Source: Promethearchaeota archaeon (GTDB lineage Archaea; Asgardarchaeota; Lokiarchaeia; Sigyniarchaeales; SOKP01). Taken from it: a DNA stretch of 64,000 bases. The DNA lies in the NCBI GenBank assembly GCA_019058295.1, contig JAHPZI010000019.1, forward strand, positions 13,005-77,004, in the 5' to 3' direction. Within the stretch, counting starts at the first letter, position 1; each line of letters starts with the position of its first letter. The notes below the pieces were generated by a model. That model saw nothing but the letters and a program-made list of their open reading frames with translations. It searched no databases and was not told the DNA's origin. The translations under genes and the position numbers were made by a program. Shown here piece by piece: positions 51,399 through 61,020 of this stretch.

Positions 51399-52575
51399 TT
51401 ACTTTTTTGATAAATATCGAATTTTAACCATTAAATCCCGGAGTTCCATTTTATCATTATCAGCAGTTATATATTTCTTTTTAACACCTTCATCAAGTGC
51501 GAACGTTGTAATTTGATTTCCTTGGAGGGAAACCATTTTACCGAAGTCACCATTCAACACGAGTTTCATGGCAGCTAATCCAAATCGTAATCCTAGGATT
51601 CGGTCAAATGAGTTTGGGTGTCCTGCTCTCATTGTATGTCCTAAAACAACGCTTCGTACTTCAAAATCCACACTATTCTCTTGAAATTCCTCTTTTAAAT
51701 CATCTCTTAGCTTTAATTCATCGACAAGGACTTGAGACATATTTAAAGCAGGTAATACAGGATTTCCAAACGTATCTTTTGGTAATTTATCAATTGTCTC
51801 TTGTGTAATTGTCTTAAAGTCTCGTTTAAGCGAATCTTGATCCGGATAAGCACCTTCAGAGCACGCAATAATATGATATTTATATCCTGCTTTAACTCTC
51901 TTTTTAAGAACTTCGATAACATCTCTTTCTAAACTGAACGGGGTTTCTGGGATCAAAATGATATCTGCACCACTCGAAATTCCACTATACATCGTAAGAA
52001 ATCCAGCATCACGTCCCATAACTTCTACAATAAAAACTCTTTGATGTGATCGTGCGGTGGTTGTTAAATTATCCATTGCATCCGATGCTAATTGAACTGC
52101 GCTCCAAAATCCAAAAGTGTAATGGGTTCCTGCTAGATCATTATCAATCGTTTTTGGGCAGCCAACGACCTTCGCATTTGCATGTTTATACATCAAATCT
52201 GCCACTCCTAATGTATCATCACCCCCTATGCATATTAGAGCATCGATTCCTAACTCATCAAACTTAGCAGCCAATTCTTTTGCTCTTTTTTCTTTTGATT
52301 CAACACCTTTAAAAGGATTAGTTCTGCTTGTATAGAGAATAGTACCACCTATGGTATGAAGGTCATCATGGTCAGCAATGTTAAGTGGTATTGTCAGATT
52401 TTCTAAAAATCCTTTCCATCCTTTAAGAATTCCAACACATTCAACACCGGCATCAAATGCTTTAAGCATGATACCATATAATACAGAATTTAAACCGGGG
52501 CAGTATACGGCAGTCAAGGAAAATCTTGAGCATGGCTCCGCCGCCCGTCAAAATACCAACTTTTTTAATTGTCAT
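51399..52575 (-). CDS. pfp: Phosphofructokinase, PPi-dependent type, split by a 31-nt putative intron (exons 52575-52536 and 52504-51399; 381 aa if spliced)
   Basis: Joining the exons gives MTIKKVGILTGGGDCPGLN; GGDDT plus PKTIDND are the PPi-type residues; EVMGR and LGH..R motifs. Confidence 0.9.
52505..52535 (-). other. Putative bulge-helix-bulge (tRNA-type) intron
   Basis: CCATGCTCAAGATTTTCCTTGACTGCCGTAT interrupts the Asp codon G|AC; both junctions fall after the second nucleotide of a 3-nt bulge flanking a 4-bp helix. Confidence 0.75.
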
Positions 52576-52666
52576 TTAAATTTCACTTTTTAACAATTAT
52601 TCAATATAGATTGATTAACCATTTTCGATTAAAAATATTTTGAAAAAGTCTTATTTTATTGTTTAT

Positions 52667-53233
52667 CTATTTTAAATTTTCAATTTTTTCAAAAGTATAT
52701 TTTGAACTATCTTCGGGGATTATATAACTCCCTCCGCTAAGATCAGCAATTTTTAAAGTAAATTCAAGTTGTCCTTTCATGGCTTTTTGTAAATCTTTTA
52801 AAGTATCTTTTATTTCGCTTTTTTCTGGATTACCATCTTCAAGATTATTTAGATAGATTGAAATAGCTCGCTCAAATCTGAGTAATATTCCTTCTACATT
52901 AGTATAATAAAATTCAGCACTCGGTCCAGGTTCTACTTTTAAATCCAATTCAGATATTTCTAAATTTCCTGTCGGAGAACGATATATTTTAGATTTTAGA
53001 TCGTTTTCTTCAGTGATTTTTAAAGTTATAATACCAGCATCCATTCTAGTAGTTAAAGGTATAATATCATTATTTTCAAAATCACATCTATTACATTTAA
53101 ATTTTAAAAATAGCATTTTATCCTTATCTGGAAGGTCGTATATAATCTGATTAATTAAAATGTCGCCATCTTTACATGCTGGACATTTAAAATTCGTAAC
53201 TTTTTCCTCTGTATTTTTCTTCTTTTCTTGCAT
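52667..53233 (-). CDS. ZPR1 zinc finger protein
   Basis: CPAC...CNRC, EPGP and TNVEG.L motifs. Confidence 0.9.
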   Translation of the reverse strand: MQEKKKNTEEKVTNFKCPACKDGDILINQIIYDLPDKDKMLFLKFKCNRCDFENNDIIPLTTRMDAGIITLKITEENDLKSKIYRSPTGNLEISELDLKVEPGPSAEFYYTNVEGILLRFERAISIYLNNLEDGNPEKSEIKDTLKDLQKAMKGQLEFTLKIADLSGGSYIIPEDSSKYTFEKIENLK

Positions 53234-53457
53234 TGTGAAAAATTAAAGTCTTAGTTATGTAAACAAAGGATAATATGTTATTATTTTTTTTTTATAATCA
53301 AAAAAATTTATTCTTTTATAGTCAATTTAATATCTATAAGGTTTTTAAAGTATTAATTTAATAACTTTATCCGAAAATTTTTAATAGTATCCGCTTTTTA
53401 AAATAGATAATACTGCATTAATACTTTTCTAAAGGAATAATATAAAGTTGGGAAATT

Positions 53458-53556
53458 ATGCGAGATACGGAAAAAAAAAATTATTTATTAATTCCAAACT
53501 CTATATTATCGTTATTTATTGTACTATTAGTAGTATTAGTAATCTTAATTTTATAA
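53458..53556 (+). CDS. Putative 32-aa single-pass membrane microprotein
   Basis: MRDTEKKNYLLIPNSILSLFIVLLVVLVILIL*; below the ORF-track size cutoff. Confidence 0.35.
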   Translation: MRDTEKKNYLLIPNSILSLFIVLLVVLVILIL

Positions 53557-53646
53557 CGCAAACAATAAAAACTTTCTTCTCTGCGTTTTTGTTGGTTGCT
53601 TAGACATTAATTATATAATTATCAAGAAGAAAAAAGTTGGAAAAAA

Positions 53647-54222
53647 TTGACGGAAGGCACTATAATTGAAATAACATTTCATGGCCGTGGAGGTCAGACT
53701 GCAATTACTGCAAGTCAATTACTTGCTGAAATGGCTTATGAAAAGGGATTTAAAGATACAATCGCAATCCCCATTATTGGCGCTGAGCGAAGAGGGGCCC
53801 CGATCCAAGCATTTACTAAAATTTCGAAGGATAAACCAATTAGAACTTACGATAGTGTTAAAGAACCCGATTATATGTTTATATTTGACACGTCTTTATT
53901 GGATATTCCTAGAATAAGGGACTCTATTAAGGAAGGGGTTACGCTTATCGCAGATAGCGTAGATTCTATTGATAAGAGCAAATTGCCTAAAGATGTAAAA
54001 GTCTACATAGTAGATGCTACCGGGATTTGTATTAATAGAAGTTTTATGCATTCTAGTGGTCCAATTTTAAATATCCCGATGTTAGGAGCATTTGGAAAGG
54101 TTTCAGGATATTATGATTTAGAAGTAATGGAAAAAGTACTAAAAAAGAATTTTGGAGAAAGTAAATTAGAAAAAAATATGAATGTTGCACAGGATGCATA
54201 CGAAACGGTAAAGGAGGTATGA
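53647..54222 (+). CDS. porG: Pyruvate/2-oxoacid:ferredoxin oxidoreductase gamma subunit
   Basis: HGRGGQ, GAERRGAP and VDAT motifs. Confidence 0.92.
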   Translation: MTEGTIIEITFHGRGGQTAITASQLLAEMAYEKGFKDTIAIPIIGAERRGAPIQAFTKISKDKPIRTYDSVKEPDYMFIFDTSLLDIPRIRDSIKEGVTLIADSVDSIDKSKLPKDVKVYIVDATGICINRSFMHSSGPILNIPMLGAFGKVSGYYDLEVMEKVLKKNFGESKLEKNMNVAQDAYETVKEV

Positions 54223-54226
54223 AATA

Positions 54227-54574
54227 ATGTCTGATACAGAGAAATGGAAAAAAATAAATAAATCGAAGGAAGAACGTCCAAAAGTTCAAGAGTATAAGAA
54301 TTGGAAAGAGTTATCTCCAATCCCTATATCCTTACCAATTGATGGTTCTATAGGAAACACAGGTGATTGGAGAACTTTTAGACCTGTAATCAATCAAGAA
54401 GGATGTAATAAATGTGGAATTTGTTGGATGTATTGTCCCGAAGGAACGATAAGGAAACGTGAAGATGGTTCCTTTGAAGTTGATTTAATTTATTGTAAAG
54501 GTTGTGGGATCTGCGCAAAAGAATGTCCTACTAATAATATTGAAATGGTAAGGGAGAGTGATATTAAAAAATGA
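54227..54574 (+). CDS. porD: 2-oxoacid:ferredoxin oxidoreductase delta subunit
   Basis: TGDWR..RP motif and two CxxCxxCxxxCP clusters. Confidence 0.92.
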   Translation: MSDTEKWKKINKSKEERPKVQEYKNWKELSPIPISLPIDGSIGNTGDWRTFRPVINQEGCNKCGICWMYCPEGTIRKREDGSFEVDLIYCKGCGICAKECPTNNIEMVRESDIKK

Positions 54575-55830
54575 CTAAAGTTGAATTAACTGATTTTGTA
54601 CAGAATAAGGAAACACAGATTATTAAAGGAAATGTTGCGGCTGCAAATGCAGCAAAATCTGCAAGGGTACAAGTTATTTCTGCTTACCCGATTACGCCTC
54701 AAACAACAGTAGTAGAAAAGTTGTCTGAATTTGTTGATGGAGGATACATGCCAGGAACACAATTTATTAAAATGGAAAGTGAGCATTCTGTTATGGCGGC
54801 TACAGTTGGCGCTAGTATGGCAGGAACTCGGACTTTCACAGCCACATGTGGACAGGGACTTTTTTATATGTATGAAATGATTCATTGGGCAGCAGGAGTT
54901 AGGTTGCCAATAGTAACAGCAATTGTTTCGAGAGGAACAGCACCACCTTGGAATATCTGGGCAGATTTTTCAGATGTTATTAGTTGTCGAGATACTGGAT
55001 GGATGAGTTCTTTCTGTGCCACTCATCAAGAAATTTATGATGAGATCCTGATGTCCTACAAAGTATGTGAAGATTATGATGTCCTCTTACCCAAATTTGT
55101 AGCTTATGGAGGTTTCATATTATCTCATACATCTAAACCAGTTATAATTGAAGACCAAGATAAGGTTGATGGTTATTTACCTGCTCTTCCGGATGAGAAA
55201 GGTTGGCCTCACATCTGGATAGATCCTGAAAGACCTCTTATGCATGGAAATCTCATAATGCCTTCTGGTTTTTATTCTGAATTTCGGATGAAATTGCATA
55301 TTGCTCTATTGGAATCTAAAGAGAAAATTAAAAATGCTGCAAAGGAATTTGAAAAAGTGTTCGGGAGAAGCTATGGAAATGGGTTAATTCAAGAATATAA
55401 TATGGATAATGCTGAAGTAGCAATGCTGGCCTATGGAGATTTAGCTCTACAAATGGAAGAGGCTGTAGACCAAGTTAGAGAAGAAGGATATAAAGTTGGA
55501 ATGGTTAAATTGAGGCATTTTAGACCCTTTCCAACAGAAGAAATTATAAAGCTCGGTAAAAAGGTAAAAGTGCTCGGAGTGATTGATCGAGGTATAGCAT
55601 TTGGTTCTCAGACAGGAGGTCCAGTTTCTTGTGAAGTTAAAACTGCATTACATGAAACTGAGGGGACAGCAAAAGTGTTCCCCATGATGAATGGAATTGG
55701 AGGAAGAGAAGTATCACTTGAACAACAAAAGAATCAATTAAAGCTTTTGGTTAAATTTAACGAAACTGGAGAACTCCCAAAGGACATGATTTATGGAACT
55801 TATTGGGATGGTTTATTGGAGGTGGAATAA
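54571..55830 (+). CDS. porA: 2-oxoacid:ferredoxin oxidoreductase alpha subunit
   Basis: YPITPQT, ESEHS and FRPFP motifs. Confidence 0.93.
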   Translation: MTKVELTDFVQNKETQIIKGNVAAANAAKSARVQVISAYPITPQTTVVEKLSEFVDGGYMPGTQFIKMESEHSVMAATVGASMAGTRTFTATCGQGLFYMYEMIHWAAGVRLPIVTAIVSRGTAPPWNIWADFSDVISCRDTGWMSSFCATHQEIYDEILMSYKVCEDYDVLLPKFVAYGGFILSHTSKPVIIEDQDKVDGYLPALPDEKGWPHIWIDPERPLMHGNLIMPSGFYSEFRMKLHIALLESKEKIKNAAKEFEKVFGRSYGNGLIQEYNMDNAEVAMLAYGDLALQMEEAVDQVREEGYKVGMVKLRHFRPFPTEEIIKLGKKVKVLGVIDRGIAFGSQTGGPVSCEVKTALHETEGTAKVFPMMNGIGGREVSLEQQKNQLKLLVKFNETGELPKDMIYGTYWDGLLEVE

Positions 55831-55832
55831 AA

Positions 55833-56771
55833 ATGGTGTCATTGAAAAATGTAATTGATGAAGAGATAGCTTGTCAAGAATGGTTTTTACCAGGAAATTC
55901 TTGTTGCGCAGGATGTGGGCTTGAAATTGCACTTCGATGGGCGATGAAAGCTTTAGGACCGAAAACTGCTATGATAACCCCTGCAAGTTGCTTAAATGTA
56001 GTAATAGGATTATGGCCAAAAACAGCGCCTAATTTTTCTCAGTTTAATATGGCATTTGCAGCAGGAGCAGCAGCAGCTACGGGAGTTTCTGCTGCTTTTA
56101 AAGCAAAAAATTATAAGTTTCCGGGACAAGGATGGGATGAAATGGTTTCTATTTGTTTTGCAGGAGATGGAGGCACTACAGATATTGGGATTCAAGGATT
56201 AAGTGGAGCTGCCGAAAGAAATTCAAATATCATATATGTGTGTTATGATAATGAAGCTTATATGAATACGGGAATTCAAAGATCTTCTTCAACGCCCCAT
56301 GGTGCACTAACAACTACAACTCCATTTGGTAAAGAAAGATATAAAAAGAATGTACCTGCTATAATGGCAGCCCATGAAATTCCCTATGTGGCAACTTGCT
56401 CTATAAGTGAGCCTTTAGATATATATGAAAAGTTCAAAAAGGCAAAATCGATTGAAGGATGTAAATATATACAAATCTTTGCCCCTTGTCCACCTGGATG
56501 GGGATATTTAGCAGAGGAAAGCATTGAAATAGCGAGATTAGCAGTGAAAACAGGATTTTGGATTTTATATGAGATTGAAAATGGAGTATTAACGCTTTCA
56601 AAAAAGAGCAAATCTTTAGTAGATCCTAGCAAGAGAGTCCCAATCATTGAATATGTTTCAAAACAAAAGCGATTTGCAGGAATTTCCGAAAAAACCTTAA
56701 TAGAGATACAAGAGCGCGTAGACCATGATTGGGAAAAAATTGTAGATCAATTAGAATGTCAATCTAGATAA
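55833..56771 (+). CDS. porB: 2-oxoacid:ferredoxin oxidoreductase beta subunit
   Basis: CAGC, GDGG, DNEAYMNTG.Q and PCP.GW motifs; GGAGGTG SD. Confidence 0.93.
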   Translation: MVSLKNVIDEEIACQEWFLPGNSCCAGCGLEIALRWAMKALGPKTAMITPASCLNVVIGLWPKTAPNFSQFNMAFAAGAAAATGVSAAFKAKNYKFPGQGWDEMVSICFAGDGGTTDIGIQGLSGAAERNSNIIYVCYDNEAYMNTGIQRSSSTPHGALTTTTPFGKERYKKNVPAIMAAHEIPYVATCSISEPLDIYEKFKKAKSIEGCKYIQIFAPCPPGWGYLAEESIEIARLAVKTGFWILYEIENGVLTLSKKSKSLVDPSKRVPIIEYVSKQKRFAGISEKTLIEIQERVDHDWEKIVDQLECQSR

Positions 56772-56812
56772 TTTAAAATTTTTTTATTTTTAATGTACCT
56801 TAATTTAAATAT

Positions 56813-57475
56813 ATGGGATTTTTAGTAAAGGTTTCAGGTAAGAGATTAGAGGATATTCAGATATTTCTTGAAGAAGCTGCTGATATTATTATATCTGGAG
56901 GTCTTCTAGGATTCCCAACAAATAGTGTTTATGGTCTTGGTGGAGATCCTTTAAATTTAGATTTAATTGAAAGGTTAAATAATATAAAATTTCGGGATCG
57001 GAATAAAGGATTTTTATTATTAATTTCTGATATTGAAGAAGCGCATAAAATCGCTGAATTCAACGAAACTGCTAAAATCTTAGCTGAAAAATTTTGGCCA
57101 GGGCAATTAACATTAATCTTGAACAGAAAAGAGCCAAATATTATACCAATAGAAGTATCTGCAAATCGAAATACAATAGGACTACGTGTACCAGAGAATG
57201 AAATTCTCTTAAAAATTTTACAAATTTTAAAATCTAAGGGACACTTTGGAGGAATTATTGGAACTTCAGCAAATTACTCAGGAGAGCCCCCCTCTATAAG
57301 TGGTGAAGAAATAGCTAAAAAGTTTTTAATGTCTATTGACTTTATAATTGATGGAGGTAAGTCTGAATCTAAGGTTCCTAGTACAATAGTGGATTGTACA
57401 ACTGAAAAATTAAAATTTTTAAGAATTGGAAAATTATCAGAAGAGGAAATAAAAAATAAATTATCAAATGATTAA
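56813..57475 (+). CDS. L-threonylcarbamoyladenylate synthase (Sua5/TsaC YrdC domain)
   Basis: FPT..VYGLG, K.R, WPG.LT, R.P, TSAN.SG and PSTIVD motifs. Confidence 0.92.
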   Translation: MGFLVKVSGKRLEDIQIFLEEAADIIISGGLLGFPTNSVYGLGGDPLNLDLIERLNNIKFRDRNKGFLLLISDIEEAHKIAEFNETAKILAEKFWPGQLTLILNRKEPNIIPIEVSANRNTIGLRVPENEILLKILQILKSKGHFGGIIGTSANYSGEPPSISGEEIAKKFLMSIDFIIDGGKSESKVPSTIVDCTTEKLKFLRIGKLSEEEIKNKLSND

Positions 57476-57499
57476 AATCAGATATAAAGTTGAATTTAA

Positions 57500-58030
57500 G
57501 TGAAAAATTTTAATCTATTGGTGTCCTCTTCGAGATATAACGAAACAAATGCTAAGGCAGAGTTATGGTTTATATTATTGATTTGCGGAGACAAATATCC
57601 TATAATTTCAGATTTAGAATTTTCTGGATTAATCACAGCTTTAACAAGTCTAAATGCGAAAGAGGTAATTCAAAAAATAAAAAATATTTTGAATAATGAT
57701 CCAAACTTTTTTCAATATATTTTAAAAATAATTCCGATTGACTTTGTATGTCAGTCACAACCCTCTATTATAAAACAGATCGTTCAACAAAATTACAAAA
57801 GTTTTATTGATAAAAACGATACCTTCAGAATAACTTTAAAAAGAAGAAATCACGAATCTATTAATAGAAATAACTTAATTAATATTATCGCAGAAAAAAT
57901 TAATAATAAAGTTGACCTTGAGAATCCAAATAAAATAATAAGAATAGAAATTTTAGGAAATAGTTGCGGAATTACTTTTCTAAAACCTAGCGATATCTTA
58001 AAATTTAAATGTAAAACGTCTTTGGATTAG
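57500..58030 (+). CDS. THUMP domain RNA-binding protein
   Basis: IIPID, FRITL.RR and VDL.NP...I.IE motifs. Confidence 0.88.
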   Translation: MKNFNLLVSSSRYNETNAKAELWFILLICGDKYPIISDLEFSGLITALTSLNAKEVIQKIKNILNNDPNFFQYILKIIPIDFVCQSQPSIIKQIVQQNYKSFIDKNDTFRITLKRRNHESINRNNLINIIAEKINNKVDLENPNKIIRIEILGNSCGITFLKPSDILKFKCKTSLD

Positions 58031-58041
58031 AATAAGCAATC

Positions 58042-58659
58042 ATGGAAAAATTAAATAATTTTTTCGATAACCTTTTTGGGGTGGTGCCGGGGGGAGTATT
58101 TGGATTAATTTCTATCTCTATAGGACTTTCTATTGATATTATTGGTCTTGTCATCTCAGGGTATAGCATGTATACCCATTCAGTAAGCTCGTTAAGTATT
58201 GTTGGCTATCCAGTGGGATTGTTATTTAATATTGGATTGTTCTTTTCAGGTATATCTGCTGCTATATTTGATATCTATTTAGGCAAAATAATTAGTCGCG
58301 AAATTGTTAATGAAAAAGCAATAAAATTAACAGTCGCAATCTCGGTTGTTTCTAGCTTTTCTTTGTCACTTGTTGGTCTTTTTCCTTTAAGCCAAGAGAA
58401 TTATACGATATTGGTTTTACATTTAGTTTTTGCCTTTACAGCATTTATAGGCGGATTAATATTTATTTTCCTTTACAGTTTGTTTATGTTAAAAGATCCT
58501 AAATTTTTGAAAATATTAGCTTATAGTGGATTTGTAGTGTGTGGATTTTTTGCATTCTTCTTATTTACACAATTTCCAATAGCAGAATGGCTGGCTGTTT
58601 TTGCAATTATATTATGGACACTAATCAATGCATCATACATGATCTATAAAAAAATTTGA
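58042..58659 (+). CDS. DUF998-like membrane protein
   Basis: GYS...H.VS.L, FN, VG.FP, H and EW pattern. Confidence 0.7.
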   Translation: MEKLNNFFDNLFGVVPGGVFGLISISIGLSIDIIGLVISGYSMYTHSVSSLSIVGYPVGLLFNIGLFFSGISAAIFDIYLGKIISREIVNEKAIKLTVAISVVSSFSLSLVGLFPLSQENYTILVLHLVFAFTAFIGGLIFIFLYSLFMLKDPKFLKILAYSGFVVCGFFAFFLFTQFPIAEWLAVFAIILWTLINASYMIYKKI

Positions 58660-58700
58660 AAGACATGTAGAATTAAAATATTAAATAAAAATTCCTTGAA

Positions 58701-59345
58701 TTAATCTGCTTTAATTTTTTCTAAGCTTAAGAAGGCCATTTTTTCACAAATTAAATCGTATATCGCTAAAAATAAGTTATTAAGGTTATTAGCTATTAGA
58801 TCGGTATTAAATTCCTCTACTCCGTAAGAATTTAACACAGAATTAATTTGATTATCTGAAATTTCGAAATATGACTTGATTTGATTAAATTTTTTAAGGT
58901 TCTGGTGATTTATAGTTAGTTCGATCTCGTTTGCTCCCAATGATTCTAAAACTTCCTCATTAATTTTATTTAAATTGTTCTCGTTTGAAATAATGACATA
59001 ACTAATTATCTTATCTGACTTTAAATTAATTCCAAATGCTTCAAGTGCGTTTTTAATTTGCCTATTAGTTGCTAAATACAATAATAATTCAATATTTTTT
59101 CTTTTTGAAATATTAGTTTTATCAGTAAAGGCCTTTTGTGTGTAATAGCATGCTGTAAAAATATGATCCTGGTTTAAAATATACTTATCGGAAAAAAATT
59201 GTATAGTAGAATTTTTATGATTATTTTGAATTTTTTCAGTTAGGTTAAGTATAGAATCTAATGTGATATCGAAGATCCCTATTTGATTAATTCCTACTAA
59301 GTATTTTAAGTTCAAATCACTGATATAGAAATTTTTAACAATCAT
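58701..59345 (-). CDS. cgi121: KEOPS subunit Cgi121
   Basis: H...A, NIS, E.LLYLA..RQI..A...FG and EKMA motifs. Confidence 0.85.
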   Translation of the reverse strand: MIVKNFYISDLNLKYLVGINQIGIFDITLDSILNLTEKIQNNHKNSTIQFFSDKYILNQDHIFTACYYTQKAFTDKTNISKRKNIELLLYLATNRQIKNALEAFGINLKSDKIISYVIISNENNLNKINEEVLESLGANEIELTINHQNLKKFNQIKSYFEISDNQINSVLNSYGVEEFNTDLIANNLNNLFLAIYDLICEKMAFLSLEKIKAD

Positions 59346-59364
59346 AATATCTCAATTTTAAAAT

Positions 59365-60132
59365 CTAAACTGGTAAGGTAAAATGCAACCATTCTGGCAT
59401 TACTCCAAATTGAATTCGAACGAATATTACAAATATTAGAAGTAAAAATAAATAAATCGTAAATACCCAATCTTTTCTTGAATATTTTATAGTGTAATAA
59501 TATGAGCGATCTTCAGTACTTCCAAACGCTCTTGATTCTAGAGCTTCGGCCACATTAAAAGCCCTCTTTATTGAACAAATTATTAGTGGAACCAATAAAG
59601 GGAAAAGATTTTTTATTTGATTGATTAGACCTTTTTGTTGCATTTCATAACCTCTACTTTGTTGAGCATCTATAATATTTTGCGCTTCTATTGCAATGGT
59701 AGGGACAAATCTAAAAGCTAAAGAGAAAGAAAAAGCGTATGGATATGGTACTTTCATAGATATTAAAGAAAGTGCTAAATCATTAGGATGGGTCGTTAAA
59801 AAAAATATTGAAAAAGCTGTAATCATAATACATATTCTAAGTATCATTGCTATAGCGTAAGACAATGATAAAAAGTAAGTATTTAGAACAATGATTAAAA
59901 GTATCATAAATGAGAGCCCACGAATGCTTTTAATCCACTCTTTTACCATTCTGCCTAGAAAAATTAAAGGAATCAAACTTAAAAATATTAAAAACAATGG
60001 TACGATGTCTACAAATAGCAAACCACTAATAGAATACACAATAGCACACAATAATTTTACTCTAGGATCGAAATTATGGACTAATGTATTTTTTTTTTGA
60101 AATTTGAACGCTTGGAGAAATTCTAAGGACAT
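59365..60132 (-). CDS. ecfT: ECF transporter transmembrane component T
   Basis: DPRVK, RFVP, AQ.SRG and A.ESRAF motifs. Confidence 0.92.
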   Translation of the reverse strand: MSLEFLQAFKFQKKNTLVHNFDPRVKLLCAIVYSISGLLFVDIVPLFLIFLSLIPLIFLGRMVKEWIKSIRGLSFMILLIIVLNTYFLSLSYAIAMILRICIMITAFSIFFLTTHPNDLALSLISMKVPYPYAFSFSLAFRFVPTIAIEAQNIIDAQQSRGYEMQQKGLINQIKNLFPLLVPLIICSIKRAFNVAEALESRAFGSTEDRSYYYTIKYSRKDWVFTIYLFLLLIFVIFVRIQFGVMPEWLHFTLPV

Positions 60133-60147
60133 TTTGCTATTTTCACC

Positions 60148-61002
60148 CTAGACTTTTGTGGATTTGTTTTTTAAATAATTTGTAAGAAAATGGGTCATTT
60201 CACTTTTAGAATTTATGTCTTCTGGGCATTGAACTCCCATTTCGTTTAACGCTATATTAAGCTGTCTTATCTGCGGCAAAATTAGAGAGGATGTCTCCAC
60301 TAAGAATTCGTTGGTTAATACTTTGTCTGTTTGTCCATCTGCAATGATGCTCCCATTTACCATTAATATTGTCCGAGGGATATATTCTATTGCGAATTCT
60401 ATATTATGGGTGACTATTATAATAGTTTTTCCTCTATCTTTTTCTTTATTAATTAAATTAACAAAGAAGTCGATTTCGTTAGCGTCTTGGCCTAAAGTAG
60501 GTTCATCAAACACTAGTATCTCCGGATCCCTACAAAATATTGATGCTAGTGCTAATTTTTTTGTTTCTCCACCTGATAGATTTAGAGGTGATCTCTCCTT
60601 ATATTTATTTAAATTAAATCTGTTTAATACATCATTAGTTCTATTTTGGATTTCTTCTTTACTTAGATTAAGACTTTTTAAGGAAAATTTTATTTCTTCT
60701 TCAACAGTATTAGAGAATACTTGATGGTATGGATTTTGAAAAATTATTCCTACTTTTTTAGATGTTGTACCTATATTTTTAGACTTAATATTTTCGCCAT
60801 CGATATAAACATTGCCTTTTAATGGCCTAATAAGACCATTTAACGTCCTAATTAGTGTAGTTTTACCAGCTCCATTCATTCCCATAATTCCAACTAATTC
60901 TCCTTTGTAAATATTCAGGTTAATTTGTTTTAAAGCCATAGTTCTATTTGGGTAAGTGTAATCCACATCTTTTATTAAAATTATAGGTAATTCTTCAGAC
61001 AT
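60148..61002 (-). CDS. ecfA2: ECF transporter ATPase A'
   Basis: G.NGAGKTT, FQNP, LSGGE and DEPT motifs. Confidence 0.9.
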   Translation of the reverse strand: MSEELPIILIKDVDYTYPNRTMALKQINLNIYKGELVGIMGMNGAGKTTLIRTLNGLIRPLKGNVYIDGENIKSKNIGTTSKKVGIIFQNPYHQVFSNTVEEEIKFSLKSLNLSKEEIQNRTNDVLNRFNLNKYKERSPLNLSGGETKKLALASIFCRDPEILVFDEPTLGQDANEIDFFVNLINKEKDRGKTIIIVTHNIEFAIEYIPRTILMVNGSIIADGQTDKVLTNEFLVETSSLILPQIRQLNIALNEMGVQCPEDINSKSEMTHFLTNYLKNKSTKV

Positions 61003-61020
61003 TTAGACCATCGTTCATTT

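Noticed and set aside
51399-52517. ORF-track PFK starting at TTG 52517 (MTAVYCPG)
   Set aside because: It lacks the essential first strand and GGG loop, which are encoded upstream in another frame; the TTG lies inside the 31-nt insert
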